From Octopus vulgaris (lineage: Eukaryota), in contig OX597819.1 of assembly GCA_951406725.2 (NCBI GenBank), positions 20,770,001-20,834,000 on the forward strand: 64,000 bases of DNA. The letters run 5' to 3'. Positions 12,831 through 26,903 of the stretch are shown here, one piece after another. The translations under genes and the position numbers were made by a program. How positions within the stretch are numbered: position 1 is the stretch's first letter; every line of letters starts with the position of its first letter. The notes under the pieces were generated by a model. It was not told the origin of the DNA, ran no database searches, and saw nothing but the letters and a program-made list of their open reading frames with translations.

Positions 12831-15019
12831 GTATAACGTTTAATAGTATATAGGCCAAAGCGTTAAATGGTAGACAATGTATGATCCATAGATGCGGGGT
12901 GTACAGGTTTCTTTTTAGGTCACCCCTTCGGCAAATGTTGCAACATGCCTACCATCACAGGCACAAGTAGGTATAAGACCACTAGGTTGGCTGTGGAGAA
13001 ATGTAGGTTGTCTCAAGGATACTGAGAATTAGGAGGAGCAGGCCTTGAAAGGAGCACTACATCCAGATCGGTTTTCACTGAACGCAAGCCAGGGTTACAT
13101 GAAACACTGGCGGGAAACTTGGGTTAGTATAATGGTTGTTGAATCACTCCAGGGAACATAAACGATTAGGTTTCTAGTTGTATCCAAGGATGATATGTGG
13201 AACATCTGGTTAGATATCACTTGCTGTATAATACTCATCATCCGCCATTGTACAAATGTTTGTTGATTTACTTCGCATATCATGTGTACTAGAATTCATA
13301 ATTTAACATGCTGTTTAAAGATATTACTGCAAACCAGAAAAGTAAAGGTGAAAGAATATTCGGGAAATATTCTATTTGCTAATACATTAGCGTAATGGTG
13401 AAGAATTTTATCTAATTGGTTACTGCACCAAACCAAGTTTCGCTTCAGGATAAAAATGAAACCTTACAGAATATGACGGTGACATTTTGAGAATTAGTAT
13501 CATGGTGCCATCGGCAACGCAATATAACAACACTTTTAGAATATCAGTTATATACATATGTATAAACCGAAAAATGGGATAGAATATTCTGAATCTAACA
13601 CTAAAAGACAACCCAATAACAGGCACAAGAACAATAGCAGAAGACATTTCTATAACTTCATCAACAACTGGTGCTGTGCCACAATTCCAATGTTACTCGG
13701 GAGGATAAAAGTGTGGTCATATATTTAGTTTGAAATTAAAAACATTAAACTGAACGACGCAAAATGAGTCCATGGAAGAGTTGCGCCTCTTTGTCTTGTT
13801 CACTTCTGTGGACAAAAAACTCCTTTGATATTTATTTACATCACATACAGGTAATAACTTCACTACCTTTCTTCCGCAGGCAGCTGTATACCTTTCGCCA
13901 CGATGATCAACATTGGGAGACATTTTCTCGAGATTTCACTGATGACATTTCGATTGTCAACAGATCAGCCAGCATCACTTTCACATGGGCAGACTTGCAT
14001 ATTTATGTATGCATGTCTGTATGTATGTAGATATCTTTTTATCTATCCATCCATCCATTTTTCTATCCATTTGTTTGTTTCTATATCTATGACATAAGAA
14101 TACCGTAATGTCCATTATGCCAAACGCTCATCTCCAATAGGCATTGGATCCAGGACTCATGGACCTCCAAAAACACTCACTCCTTAATATGTTTATAATG
14201 AACGTTGGATGTATGTATTCTTGTCTTTATCGACGAAGCACTGTATCGTTCTTTTGAGGTGCGTCTCAGTAGAGTACAAATTGATTTAGGTTGACCAGTA
14301 GAAAATGGGAGCGCTTGATAATAGTACTGATAAAAATGAAATTCGTAGCAATTTCTTCATGCAGGACTACATAAGCTGTGGTATATCCTGTCTCAAAAAC
14401 GGCCACTGCTTCTGCTTTGATGTAGTGTACTTTTCTCACATGTAGTGTTAGTATAACAAGTACAGGCAAACCGTTTAAATCTGTTTCTTCCCCAACAAAT
14501 GGATTGGCAGATGCTCCAAATGGGAAAACAGATATAAAATTCAGAAGACTACTGATGTGTTTACCATCTTCGACCGTTAAAATATATTAATTTCCCTTTT
14601 GTCTGTTTTTAGGTGAAGTAGGTTTGTTTGCTTAAAAACTCACCACAGTTCCTTTCTGATTAGAAACTTGCCTGGAAAGAAACTCAAATATCTTAAAAAC
14701 GTGTAGTCCTAGAGTTGACCACCATTTTGTGCCCTTCACTGCGTTGTAGATGCTTATACTATGTCTAATAAATGTTTCCGATTAAATACATACATCTTAA
14801 TTATAATGTTTTTAAGGAATACTCTGTTCACACAGGGTTTCGTCGCATCAAAGATTTAACATGTCCAGTTACTACTTATTCGATGACGTACCTAATTCTC
14901 CCATCGTTATATTTTCATACCTTTTTTTCATCGACCTGAATGGGTGTAGCAATATGGACGAAGATTTATTTTGCGTATAAAAGATACTTGATGGAAATAA
15001 TAATCAGTAAATACCATAC

Positions 15020-15055
<36 letters not shown>

Positions 15056-15233
15056 TGGTTCTGATGATGATGATGATGATAATGATAATAATAATGATAA
15101 TAATAATAATAATAATAATAATGATAATAATAATAATAATAATAATAATGATAATAATAATAATAATAAGAAGAAGAAGAATAACAGCAACAACACCAAC
15201 AACAACAACAGCAGTAACAACAATAATAATAAT

Positions 15234-15281
<48 letters not shown>

Positions 15282-16059
15282 GATAATTTTTCTGCAGGCC
15301 CATTTATCAATTCAACACCGTGTGCGTAAGTGAATTTACCACCGTTGAATGCTTCAGTTGAAATCCACGCTGATCACACCATTGGCCAACGTAGCCGATC
15401 ACATTCTCCTGAACCTTTGACAAATTTCTATTCCATACTGGAACATTCCCAAAAGCCATACAAGTTTTCCATTGACCTGGGGTTACTTATAGAAGTTTCC
15501 ATGAGTCATTATTCTGTAGTTTCCTTTATATAAACCATGCACATGCTTTCCTCTCAATAACACAGCTGCTATAGATCGGTAAATGCTGGCATTTTACCAA
15601 TCAATAACGGAGAGAAATCTATGTATCAATAACGTTGGATTCATTATGGAACTGTTTTTAGAGCTTTACAAAAGTTACAGTAAAGGAAGAGTTTTTGGAA
15701 TCATATTGGATTTGAATAAAAGATAGAGGGATGTTGGAGAAGAAAAGCAGGAGATTTCGCATTGAAAAGAAAATCTGCAAATCATTTGTAATGGTAGATT
15801 GTGTTTTATATATATTTTGTTGTTCAGTGACACTCACAGACACACACACACACGCATAAATACATCCGCGCGTGTATATATATATATACAGATACACTCA
15901 TATACAAATACATACATGTATACGTACATAAATATGCATCACATCCATAGACATATACATATAGGTATGTGTATATCTTTCAGTCTCTATCTTTTATTTG
16001 TAAGCCCCTTCTGTCTATGTACACACACAGACATATTTTTATAAACATATATAGATAGG

Positions 16060-16097
16060 TAGATAGATAAATAGATAGATAGATTGATAGATTAATT

Positions 16098-16195
<98 letters not shown>

Positions 16196-16208
16196 CAGAT
16201 AGATAGAT
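16060..16208. repeat. (GATA)n microsatellite
   Basis: Read directly. Other tracts at 23268-23332, 44611-44690, 46118-46244 and 49757-49841. Confidence 0.95.
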
Positions 16209-16471
16209 ATTTCTACACGCATTTGAACACTAATCTGGGTAACAAATACTACAACCTGAACGAGACGCCGTAATCAAAAAAATGTCTCCATACAAGACGC
16301 GGTTCTCGGTACCGAATGCAATCAAAGAAATATCTGTACTACTCGCATCATAGTTGACAATTTCCACCTGAGTCGCATGGTTCCTGGAAGAATAGATTTT
16401 TAACTACAATATTTCATTGCTTTGATGAAATATAGTTTGAGGCACGATGTAAAATGAAAATACTCTCTCTC

Positions 16472-16877
16472 TCTCTTTTACTCTTTTACTTGTTTCAGTC
16501 ACTTGACTGTGGCCATGCTGGAGCACCGCCATTGGTCGAGCAAATCGACCTCGGGACTTATTCTTTGTAAGCCCAGTACTTCTTCTATCGGTCTCTATTG
16601 CCGAACCGCTAAGTGACGGGGACGTAAACACACCAGCATCGGTTGTCAAGCAATGCTATGGGGACAAACACAGACACACAAACACACACACATATATATG
16701 TATATACATATATACAACAGGCTTCTTTCAGTTTCCGTCTACCAAATCCACTCACAAGGCATTGGTCGGCCCGGGGCTATAGCAGAAGACACTTGCCCAA
16801 GATGGCACGCAGTGGGACTGAACCCGGAACCATGTGGTTGGTTAGCAAGCTACTTACCACACAGCCACTCCTGCACC
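16472..16877 (-). mobile_element. SINE family A, full length
   Basis: Reverse-complement match to 329-750. Confidence 0.9.
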
Positions 16878-16925
16878 TTCTACTTACTTTTCAAATACTT
16901 TTCAAATATCTCTGGTACTAGTATG

Positions 16926-17280
16926 TTTTTCTTTATTGCCCACAAGGGGCTGCACACAGAGGGGACAAACAAAGGGATTAAGTTGATTACAACGACCCCA
17001 GTGCGAAACTGGTACTTTATTTATCGACCCCGAAAGACAGACGAAATACCTATTTCTTTACTACCCAGAAGGGGCTAAACACAGAGAGGACAAACAAGGA
17101 TAAAGGGATTAAGTCGATTACATCGACCCCGGTGCGCAACTGGTACTTAATGTATCGATCCGAAAGGATGAAAGGCAAAGTCGACCTCGGCGGAATTTGA
17201 ACTCAGAACGTAACGGCAGACGAAATACGGCTACGCATTTCGCCCGGCGTGCTAACGTCTCTACCAGCTCGCTGCCTTTC
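16926..17280 (-). mobile_element. tRNA-derived SINE family B, full copy plus tandem partial copy inside one 16-bp TSD
   Basis: Head with GAGTTCAAATTCC B-box and core GCCTTTCATCCTTTCGG..TCGAT..TAAGTACCAG. Flanks are CTCTGGTACTAGTATG (16910-16925) and CTCTGGTGCTAGTATG (17281-17296). Confidence 0.88.
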
Positions 17281-17659
17281 CTCTGGTGCTAGTATGAATG
17301 ACAGTCGATTGTAGAAATTTGCAAGTAAATCTTGAATGTTATCATACAAACAGATCACCTAAACAATAAGCGCATTAAGGAATCACATGGGGAAAGTTGC
17401 AATAGTGTGCCAATGTTCAACACAACAATATCAAATGTGCGTATTCATGTTAGTTCAATATTTTCCCGGTTTCCTAATTTTTTTCGAACGAGTGATGATC
17501 ACCTTGCTCAACGTTTCTGCAGAAAAATTGACATTAAATGAACAGTACATGTATCAAATAACGTAATGAAATACAGTTCCCACTACATTTGGGTAAAAAG
17601 TTAAGGATCATAAGAGGCCCAAGACCATCAGGTTCCGAAAAATCAAGGTTGTTTTTTAA

Positions 17660-17935
17660 AAATAATAATAATATAATAATGAAATTATTGTATACATTGC
17701 TCATGTGCACCACAACTTATCAGTAGTGCGTATAAAGAATATGCAGTAATGTACAAATGTCTGGAAAGTGGACAGTGTATGAGTCAGATACATGCTTGCG
17801 TGTGTAAGGAGGGGAGAAAATCGGGTTTAGTGCTGGCGAATATCAGGAAGCATGGAAGTTTTGAAGGATGCAGCACTACGACAACTGACAACTGATGCCA
17901 GCAGTTTGTTCCATGCTTCAGCAACTGTTAGCGTG
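17660..17935 (-). mobile_element. CR1-group LINE 3' end
   Basis: Minus translation TLTVAEAWNKLLASVVSCRSAASFKTSM resembles the CR1 C-terminal RV...WN.LP..VV...S...FK motif. It is followed by a short UTR and an (ATT)n tail. Confidence 0.7.
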
Positions 17936-19949
17936 GGGCGACTAACAACTGATGCCGGCAGTATTTTGTGCAATATTGTGCAGAAGTGAGGTGCAAATCT
18001 AAATATATACACTGATTTGGTTTTAGAATGTTATGGAGCATAATGTATATTTGAACAATTCTGTTGTAAATTGGTACATGAAAATTTCTTTAAAGACATT
18101 CACATTTTAAATAGAAATGGTGGAGAGGATCCAAAAGAAATATAAGGATTTGAATGATAACTTTCAAGTTCTTATACATTTTAATGGATTAATCCATAAT
18201 TTAATTCTTATAGACCAAAAAAATGCCTTACTATATCTCTAAAAGATAAATGAAAATGAATAATTTTATAACGCATGACCTGACACAAATACTGGCGTGT
18301 TTGTTGGTTGATTTCTAGAATAACACTATCATCGTATAGAGGGAGAAGGAGAGGGAGAGGAGTAAGAGAGAGAGGGCCAATGAGGATGCAGGTTGGGTGC
18401 GCATACTCGGCTTGGTGAAAGAAGATGAGTGAAGAAACTCAATAAAAACACAGCGAGACAGAATGAATGGTGGAAAAAGTACAGGTGGAGAGGAGGTAAA
18501 CGAGAGAGTAATTATGGAAAGCCTTAAACAGGTGCAAAATTTGCTTTATTTAATTTCATGTTAAGGAAATACATATTTTTAGATTTTTTTAAAAATCATT
18601 TTGTAAAAGCACCAATTAAAATTGTTCTGTGATCTTGCAAGTCAACCTGTTGATATAGCGGTCGCACTACAACCGATGATCAGTTCCTCGGTGAATCGTC
18701 GGCTGCGTTACCTTTTGTGTAATGGTTTAACAGGTTTCAGGACTAGAATGACGAAACTAAGTATATTCCTCTTTTAGTTCAGATTTATAGCCTCTAACAA
18801 TGTTTTGTTTAACATTGAAAACCAGAACCGCTCGGAGCAAATTCGAACTCCTAAAAACTGTGCACTAGAGCAGACCTCCAAGCCATATGACTGCTGCTTT
18901 TCTTTCCTGACTTTTACTATCACACATCACCACAAATTCTTCCATCATAATACCATTATTTTTCAATCAGGTATAATTGCATTTCTCAAATGGTATAGCG
19001 TTTTCGAATTTCATTGCTTTCAAGGGAATTATATTAATTTATCAGGGAATTATTAATCTTATTATCTTCCATTTCTACAACAGAGCAGGTTTTGAAAATC
19101 AACTCGCAAGAGTAGCAGAATCAAAGGAACATATTGAAAGCCATTGATGACACTTTAAAGTGTGTTTGCCAGGGATATTTTACAGTGAGCAACATCAGAG
19201 ATGTCAGAATGTGTAGAAATTAGTTCTGTGTAGAATATGTTGCTCTAATGTGGTTGGACTGTTAATGGCCGTTATAGTGTTAATAGGAATTTAAAGCATG
19301 AATTTTGCATGGCGAAAATCTATTGGATACGGAGATCTGTCGTCTTTTGTCACGCCATTAATGATGGAATACTAAAATGTGGATTATAGCAGAGATTTAT
19401 GACATAAAACTAGAAATCAAATTGCAAAACAATCCAGAAACATTTATTTTAATGCAACTTTTAATCTAAAATATGCAAGTATGGAATAAATCACGAGCTC
19501 TGAAGAATTAATGTTGTTAAACGTCAGGTGTTATCATTAGTTGTGGTTATTGTCTGTGGATTTCAACGGCAATTATCTTTGATTCATGCAACGCTGGGCT
19601 CGTAAAGTGTACGTCTAAACCGGTTGCACAAAATAGGAAATTACCAATGTTGCATAATATATTATATTATATTATATTATATCTAAAATTATGTAGGATT
19701 TAAATCAGTGTGAGAGAATGTGTATGAATATTACAGTTGAATAATAGTGAAAAGGTTAACTGCAAAAATTAATTTCCAATATTTTTAGTTAATTAAAATC
19801 GTAATATTTAATGCAATTAAAATATAACGTATAACATCTGGTTTCATTCACTTTCGATCGCATGATGCTTCACAAAAATAAAAATTTACAAGTCACTTTT
19901 TCAATCACACCGATGTGGTGTGGCGTCACACCGGTGTGTGTATATATAT

Positions 19950-20524
<575 letters not shown>

Positions 20525-21172
20525 AGAGAGCAAGTGGGAGGGGGTTACACATATAAATATGCTCACAGGCACACAAAAACGCACACACATGTATGTATAC
20601 AACGATATAAATGCATCCATGCAGTGAGCTCGTGTGTGCGCATGTGTGTGCAGTCATATGAGTGTGCTTCTGTGCGTGTGGGCATAAGTGTGCATATGTT
20701 TATGCGTGTGTGTCTGAGTGTCTGTTTGTGTCCGTACTTTTTGTCGTTTTGACTAAAGCCACGAAAACTATTTCATCTGGAAATTGAGAGTTTCGGGCTA
20801 AGCTGAGATTTAAAAACACCGCCATTTAGTAAAGTCATTATCTGGAATCTCTTGGAATCAGCACATATCAGCGAATATCCCTCGATCGCCATGTTAGTTT
20901 ACTGGTACATTGCACCATAGAGACTTAATGAAAGTCTACTGTTTGTAATTATGTACAAATGACAGTATCCTATTTAATTAGCGAAGTAAATTTAACATGT
21001 ACTCAATCTAGACAGGTCTGACCATGGTGACCGACCCCGTTTCGAAAGAATCCGTGGACTGGAAATGTTTGGAAAAAGCTCTGGAAAATCGATTCTATAA
21101 TTGTACACAGACACACATACACACACATGCGCACACACACAAACATATGTATATATATATAAATATGTATGA

Positions 21173-21224
<52 letters not shown>

Positions 21225-21410
21225 GTGTGTGTGTGTGTGTGTGTTAGAAGAAATGAGGTACGCAGAAATACGGATGGTTTTATATTTACAGATATTTATT
21301 AGTATGTTACATGTTTTTATACATCATATATCATATAACAGCGCTTTCGTCCATTCTATTGGAGTCTTCATTTCTTCTAGTATATAATACCAATACATCA
21401 TCTCCAAACC

Positions 21411-21483
<73 letters not shown>

Positions 21484-22918
21484 TACATATACATATGTGT
21501 GTGTGTGCGTGCGCGCGGATGTAATGTATTTATAATAACGAATTGTTATCGCTGAACAGTGTTTAAGTATAACCAGAATTAGATAAGTTTTAAAATGTGT
21601 CACCTGCTAAAAGGCAAACACACTTCAGAAATTTTCAGAAAAAATGTATCTTTTGCTAAAAAGGTGTAAAAACACCCGGTCTGGTTAGTGTTGCCATCTA
21701 TTAGGAATCACAGACGTCGATGTTTCAAGCTTCTTTGCTACTTCCGAAGAGATGTACGTAAAAAAGCTACTCTAAACAGAGCTATAAGGCTTACATCTTT
21801 ACGGATAATTCAGGCAGCACTTTGACTGATTTGCATTAGTAGATCGCCGACCCAAGGAAACTAAGAGAGAGATACACATACATATATGCGCACGCGCACA
21901 CACACTAATAATTAGTTGTTTACATGTTAACAAACTTTTATAAGCATCTAGTTATCAAAGGGGAAAAACTATCAGAAAAGCAACTTCAATTCATTTTTCA
22001 AATATATAATATACGAGGGATTTTCTACTTCTTATTCTAATATATATACATATATATTCTCGGATATCTGTGACAATGTGCGATTGGAAATACGCCTTGA
22101 TACAAGCATTACCGTTGCCTTCCGAAGATGACTTTGGAACACCACATCCATACGGATTGGCATTTTCTTCTTGCTTCAAAAATATTAATCTCAAGATGTT
22201 ATTTGAGTTTGCCTACGTCTGTCATTTTCAGAATTTAAACTCCTATAGAAGGTTTTTCTTTTGTTTTTCTATTTTCGTTCTTAATTGTAATTCAAGTAAC
22301 TTCTCTTGGTTTCAATACACATTTTATGCTGAACCTATCCACTGCTGACCGCCACTGTGAATACTATCACAATTATTTCAGTTATCGCGTTTTGAATAAT
22401 TTCTCAACTTTTGATTTGTAGAAATGATCAGTTTACGGGGTTGTCGTGTGAACATTGTGGAATTGCTTATATTTAGGCATTTAATTATATAATATATTAT
22501 TGAATGAATATAAAGTTTGTATAATGAATTGGAGTTGACCTTTTTCCGCACAAAACTCCTTTCCAAACACAAAGTATTTTGAAAATATACAAGAGAAATA
22601 ATTGTGAATATTTCATGACAGAAATTCGTGTGTTTGTAAGTAACATCAACCCAATGGAATGGTTTTTATCGTATAAACTGACAGTATCTCACAATTAAAG
22701 GAAGCTAGACAGGTGTGTTATATAAGACGAAATTCCCGAGCGGGTGGCAAATAATATCAGAGACAGCGGAGTGTCAGGATAGACAATACTGGGTTTTGTA
22801 TAAGAAACAGAATAGTTGTGACAGCCATGACAGTTCCTCGCGTACTAGAGCTAATCCTTCTCTGTAGACTAGAGTCAACTTTCAATATATACACAAATGT
22901 AGAGTTTCAATATTCAAA

Positions 22919-22953
<35 letters not shown>

Positions 22954-23080
22954 TATATATATGTAAAAATATAACGTTCACATATACATTGATACTCACA
23001 CAGCCGTAACAATATACGTAGACACTAACTCCAACACCCACACGTATGTGTGCATGTAGGTATGAGTGAATGTATGTATG

Positions 23081-23135
<55 letters not shown>

Positions 23136-23144
23136 TTGTGCGTG

Positions 23145-23178
<34 letters not shown>

Positions 23179-23266
23179 TGTATACATATACATATATCAT
23201 TATATTACATATATTAGAATATTATATTATATGTTATATTGTTTAATAACATATATATATATATAT

Positions 23267-23332
<66 letters not shown>

Positions 23333-23559
23333 TTATATATGTGTGCGCGCGTGTGTGTGCGTGTGTATGTGTATGTATGTATGTATACAAGTATGTTTTT
23401 ATGTGTTTAAATGTGAGTGTTTATTATTTTGTGCGTCTGTGCTTATATTTCAACCTGTGTATTTATCTGTGGAGAAAAAATACAGAAATAAAACATAATG
23501 CATCTGAAAAATACATTTACCGTTTTGTTAAAAGTACAGACCAGCCTGCGTTCTATCTT

Positions 23560-23715
23560 TTCCTTCTAATATCGATTTCAAATCTTGAATCAAGAACAGA
23601 AATTTCGGGGGACGGTGTAAATCGACCCGACTGTTCAACTGCTACTTTCATTATTTACTCCAAAGGGTTGAAAGGCGAATTCAACTCCTGGGGTATTTGG
23701 ACTCAAAACGTTATG
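23560..23715 (-). mobile_element. SINE family B, old fragment
   Basis: GAAAGGCGAATTCAACTCC.GGGGTATTTGGACTCAAAACG resembles GAAAGGCAAAGTCGACCTCGGCGGAATTTGAACTCAGAACG. Confidence 0.6.
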
Positions 23716-23973
23716 TCGGAACGAATGGTGTTCGATTATGCAGACCACCGTCTAAAGATGCTGACTTGTAATGAGCCAGTTTTACCGATATATTGCATGA
23801 AAAAATATCATAATAGCAACAATTCTAGGATGGAGTTTATAACCATTTATTGCATCGCTACGCGCGTTTCCATAAGTCGCGTGACATTGAATATCACAAT
23901 CCACATTCTTGGGACCATGCGATTTGTGGAAGTGCGCGTAGTGTTGCATTAATCGTTTATAAATTGCATCCTA

Positions 23974-24028
<55 letters not shown>

Positions 24029-24156
24029 CATTATCATTTTCTCTTTATGACAGATTTTGTCGGAACCTGATGGAGTCTTGCATGCATATCGGGCGTACAA
24101 CATGCAGCTTACTGTACCATACTATTTATTCTTTTCCGCTATCTAATACTTTCCTG

Positions 24157-24227
<71 letters not shown>

Positions 24228-24272
24228 CATTATTATTGTTGTTGTTGTTGATGTTGTTGTTGTTATTATTAT

Positions 24273-24743
24273 AGACGTCGCCCAATATACAATATCGATA
24301 GGTTGTCTACTGAAGATATTGTATGTACCGGGGGTTTGTCCTGTTCGTCAAGTCACAACAAGGACCTTAGTCAGACAGTACTTGACGCAATATGCGTGCA
24401 GTTCGAAGTAATGCCGGCTTTTGCAATACACCTAAATTATAGGATATCTTTAATGCTTGCCGACGTCTTTTTTTCTCAGATTGGGTGGTATTGAACGCAA
24501 TGCTCCGATGACAATAGGGATAACCTTTCTGTTCGACTCTCGTAGCTGCCACATCTTAGCAATCTCAATTCTCCGGTCTCCATATTTATCAACCTTTTCT
24601 CTTTCCTTCGTGATGAAATGTTGATCTCCTGGCACTGCCAAGTCGATTATTAGGCACTCTTATTTGTCTCTCCTAAAGCTTACTATATTCGGCCTTTGTC
24701 TGTCTAACGCTTTGTCTGTCTGGAAATCAAAGTCCCAGAGGTC
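24273..24743 (-). mobile_element. R4/Dong-like LINE 3' fragment with restriction-like endonuclease domain, inserted in (TAA)n
   Basis: LWDFDFQTDKALDRQRPNIV...CLIIDLAVPGD...EREKVDKY...IPIVIGAL...LQKPALLRTARILRQVL is the PD-(D/E)xK RLE signature. (ATT)n tracts lie on both sides. Confidence 0.88.
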
Positions 24744-24749
24744 TTATTA

Positions 24750-24829
<80 letters not shown>

Positions 24830-25415
24830 ACTATTATTTTTATCTATGTGTATGTATGTGTGTGAGGGTGTAAGTATAAGACATCACAAATAACTATACA
24901 CTCACTTATGCGCATAGTACATATAGATGACGCATATCACACTGGAGCTCATACGTAGAGTGACGTGCGACTACACGCATAACGATACGACACATAGCAT
25001 CACACATATTCACACAACTACATGACACATACGTTGGAAACAGAATCACACTCTCACATACACTTACCAACGTACACACTCTCAATAAGAATACATCTAC
25101 AGATAATAGTTTCACAATACACACACGGACACTAACACACGCACACATTCACTTCATACACACCAACAAACATGGTCACGTACACTGGATGAGATTCGCC
25201 TTGTTTTCTCTTCTCCTATGTAGGCTGTCACTTCTGTTTCTCTTCGCTTCCGGTCATTCTATCCTCTGGCCAATGTCAGCGTGATTGGATACATTAATCA
25301 TGATCTTTCTTTTCTTGTTCTTTATATTTTGTCCGTCTGTTTTGCTTCTTGTCTTGATTTCTGCAAAGCTGAAGCTGGTGACAATTTCGACTGTCTTATT
25401 TTCTACTACTCGGAG

Positions 25416-25499
<84 letters not shown>

Positions 25500-26045
25500 A
25501 CATATGCACGCATGTGTTGGCGATCCGGCAGAGTCTTTTGACCGTTACGTATACAGCCTCGCAGTCTCTCTTCCGAATTTTGAGTTCATATCTCATTTCG
25601 CTCGGCTATCACTTCCCATCAAGATAAAAACGTATTAAGAGAGGCTGTCTCCATGGTTACAATACGGGAACATTTGCTTTGCGATATCTCCGGCTTGAGT
25701 GAAATCTTGCAATCAAAATCGTTCGATGCTGCACCAACCTTAGTTTTTCTTTGGACATTATATTCTTCATCGCGCAGAAAGAAGAACTGCATATATACGC
25801 AAGTGATGTTCTTTCTCAAGACATCGCTTGACCAGACGGTCACGTGGAGGATTTTCTTCACTGATGCGGACTCCATCACTCGTCTACAATCTCACATATT
25901 TCTATTACAATACTTTGAAACCTACAAACATTATCATTGCGCTGGCGTTTATGGCTACAACTCGTAAAAAGTATAAAGTAATACGTTGCAGCGTGGAGAG
26001 AGCGGTCTCGCATTTAAACACCAAATTTCATTGTTTAATAACTCA

Positions 26046-26284
26046 GACATACGCACATGCCTCACCAAATTAACGACAGCGATTCTTCCCTGTGTATGAC
26101 AAAACACTTCACAGGTCTATAATACAAGTATGCCAGAGCTGGCAGAAACGTTAGCACGCCGGGCTAAACGCGTAGCCGTATTTCGTCTCGGACATACGCA
26201 CATGCCTCACCAAATTAACGACAGCGATTCTTCCTTGTCTGTATGACAAAACACTTCACAGGTCTATAATACAAGTATGCCAGA
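26046..26284 (+). repeat. ~92-bp direct duplication bracketing a SINE B head fragment (26136-26189)
   Basis: GACATACGCACATGCCTCACC...ACAAGTATGCCAGA occurs at 26046-26137 and 26191-26284. Confidence 0.9.
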
Positions 26285-26498
26285 TATCTTCAAATCAACA
26301 TGAAAGGTATTAAAGTCCACAAGAAAACGAATTTCACAGGGAAACTCATTGTATACTAAAGTTATAATCACCAACAAAGACACCGAATAACGACATCGAT
26401 GCGTTGTCACTCGATCTAAAATGGAAGACAGACGAAACCTATAAATTGACTTGGGCGGAACAGCTTTGCTAAACATGGTTGCTTAATAAAAGATGAAA

Positions 26499-26518
26499 TA
26501 CTACTGCAGCTGCTGCCG

Positions 26519-26575
<57 letters not shown>

Positions 26576-26576
26576 A

Positions 26577-26641
<65 letters not shown>

Positions 26642-26839
26642 TCAATACCGCTGCTACTACTACTACTACAAATACTACTACTATCACTACCGCTGCTACT
26701 ACCGCTGCCACTGATACTGCTACTACTATCACTACAGCTGCCGCTGATACTACTACTACTACTACTACTACTACTATCAATACTGCTGCCGCCGTTACTA
26801 GTACTACTATCAATACCGCTGCCGCCGCTGCTGCTGCTG

Positions 26840-26882
<43 letters not shown>

Positions 26883-26903
26883 GACTACTACTACTACCAC
26901 CAC
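26499..26903. repeat. compound (ACT)n/(GCT/GCC)n trinucleotide array
   Basis: Read directly. The sub-unit ACTATCAATACCGCTGC recurs. Confidence 0.9.

Noticed and set aside
14940-15333. Poly-N/I/L ORFs, also poly-V at 26469-26903
   Set aside because: These are trinucleotide repeats open in several frames.
16653-17078. Recurrent ORFs such as RLPNPLTRHWSARGYSRRHLPK (also 37041)
   Set aside because: They are antisense translations of SINE A.
18670-18716. Small hairpins here and at 62207-62242 as pre-miRNAs
   Set aside because: Stems of about 14-16 bp are too short and match no miRNA I recognise.
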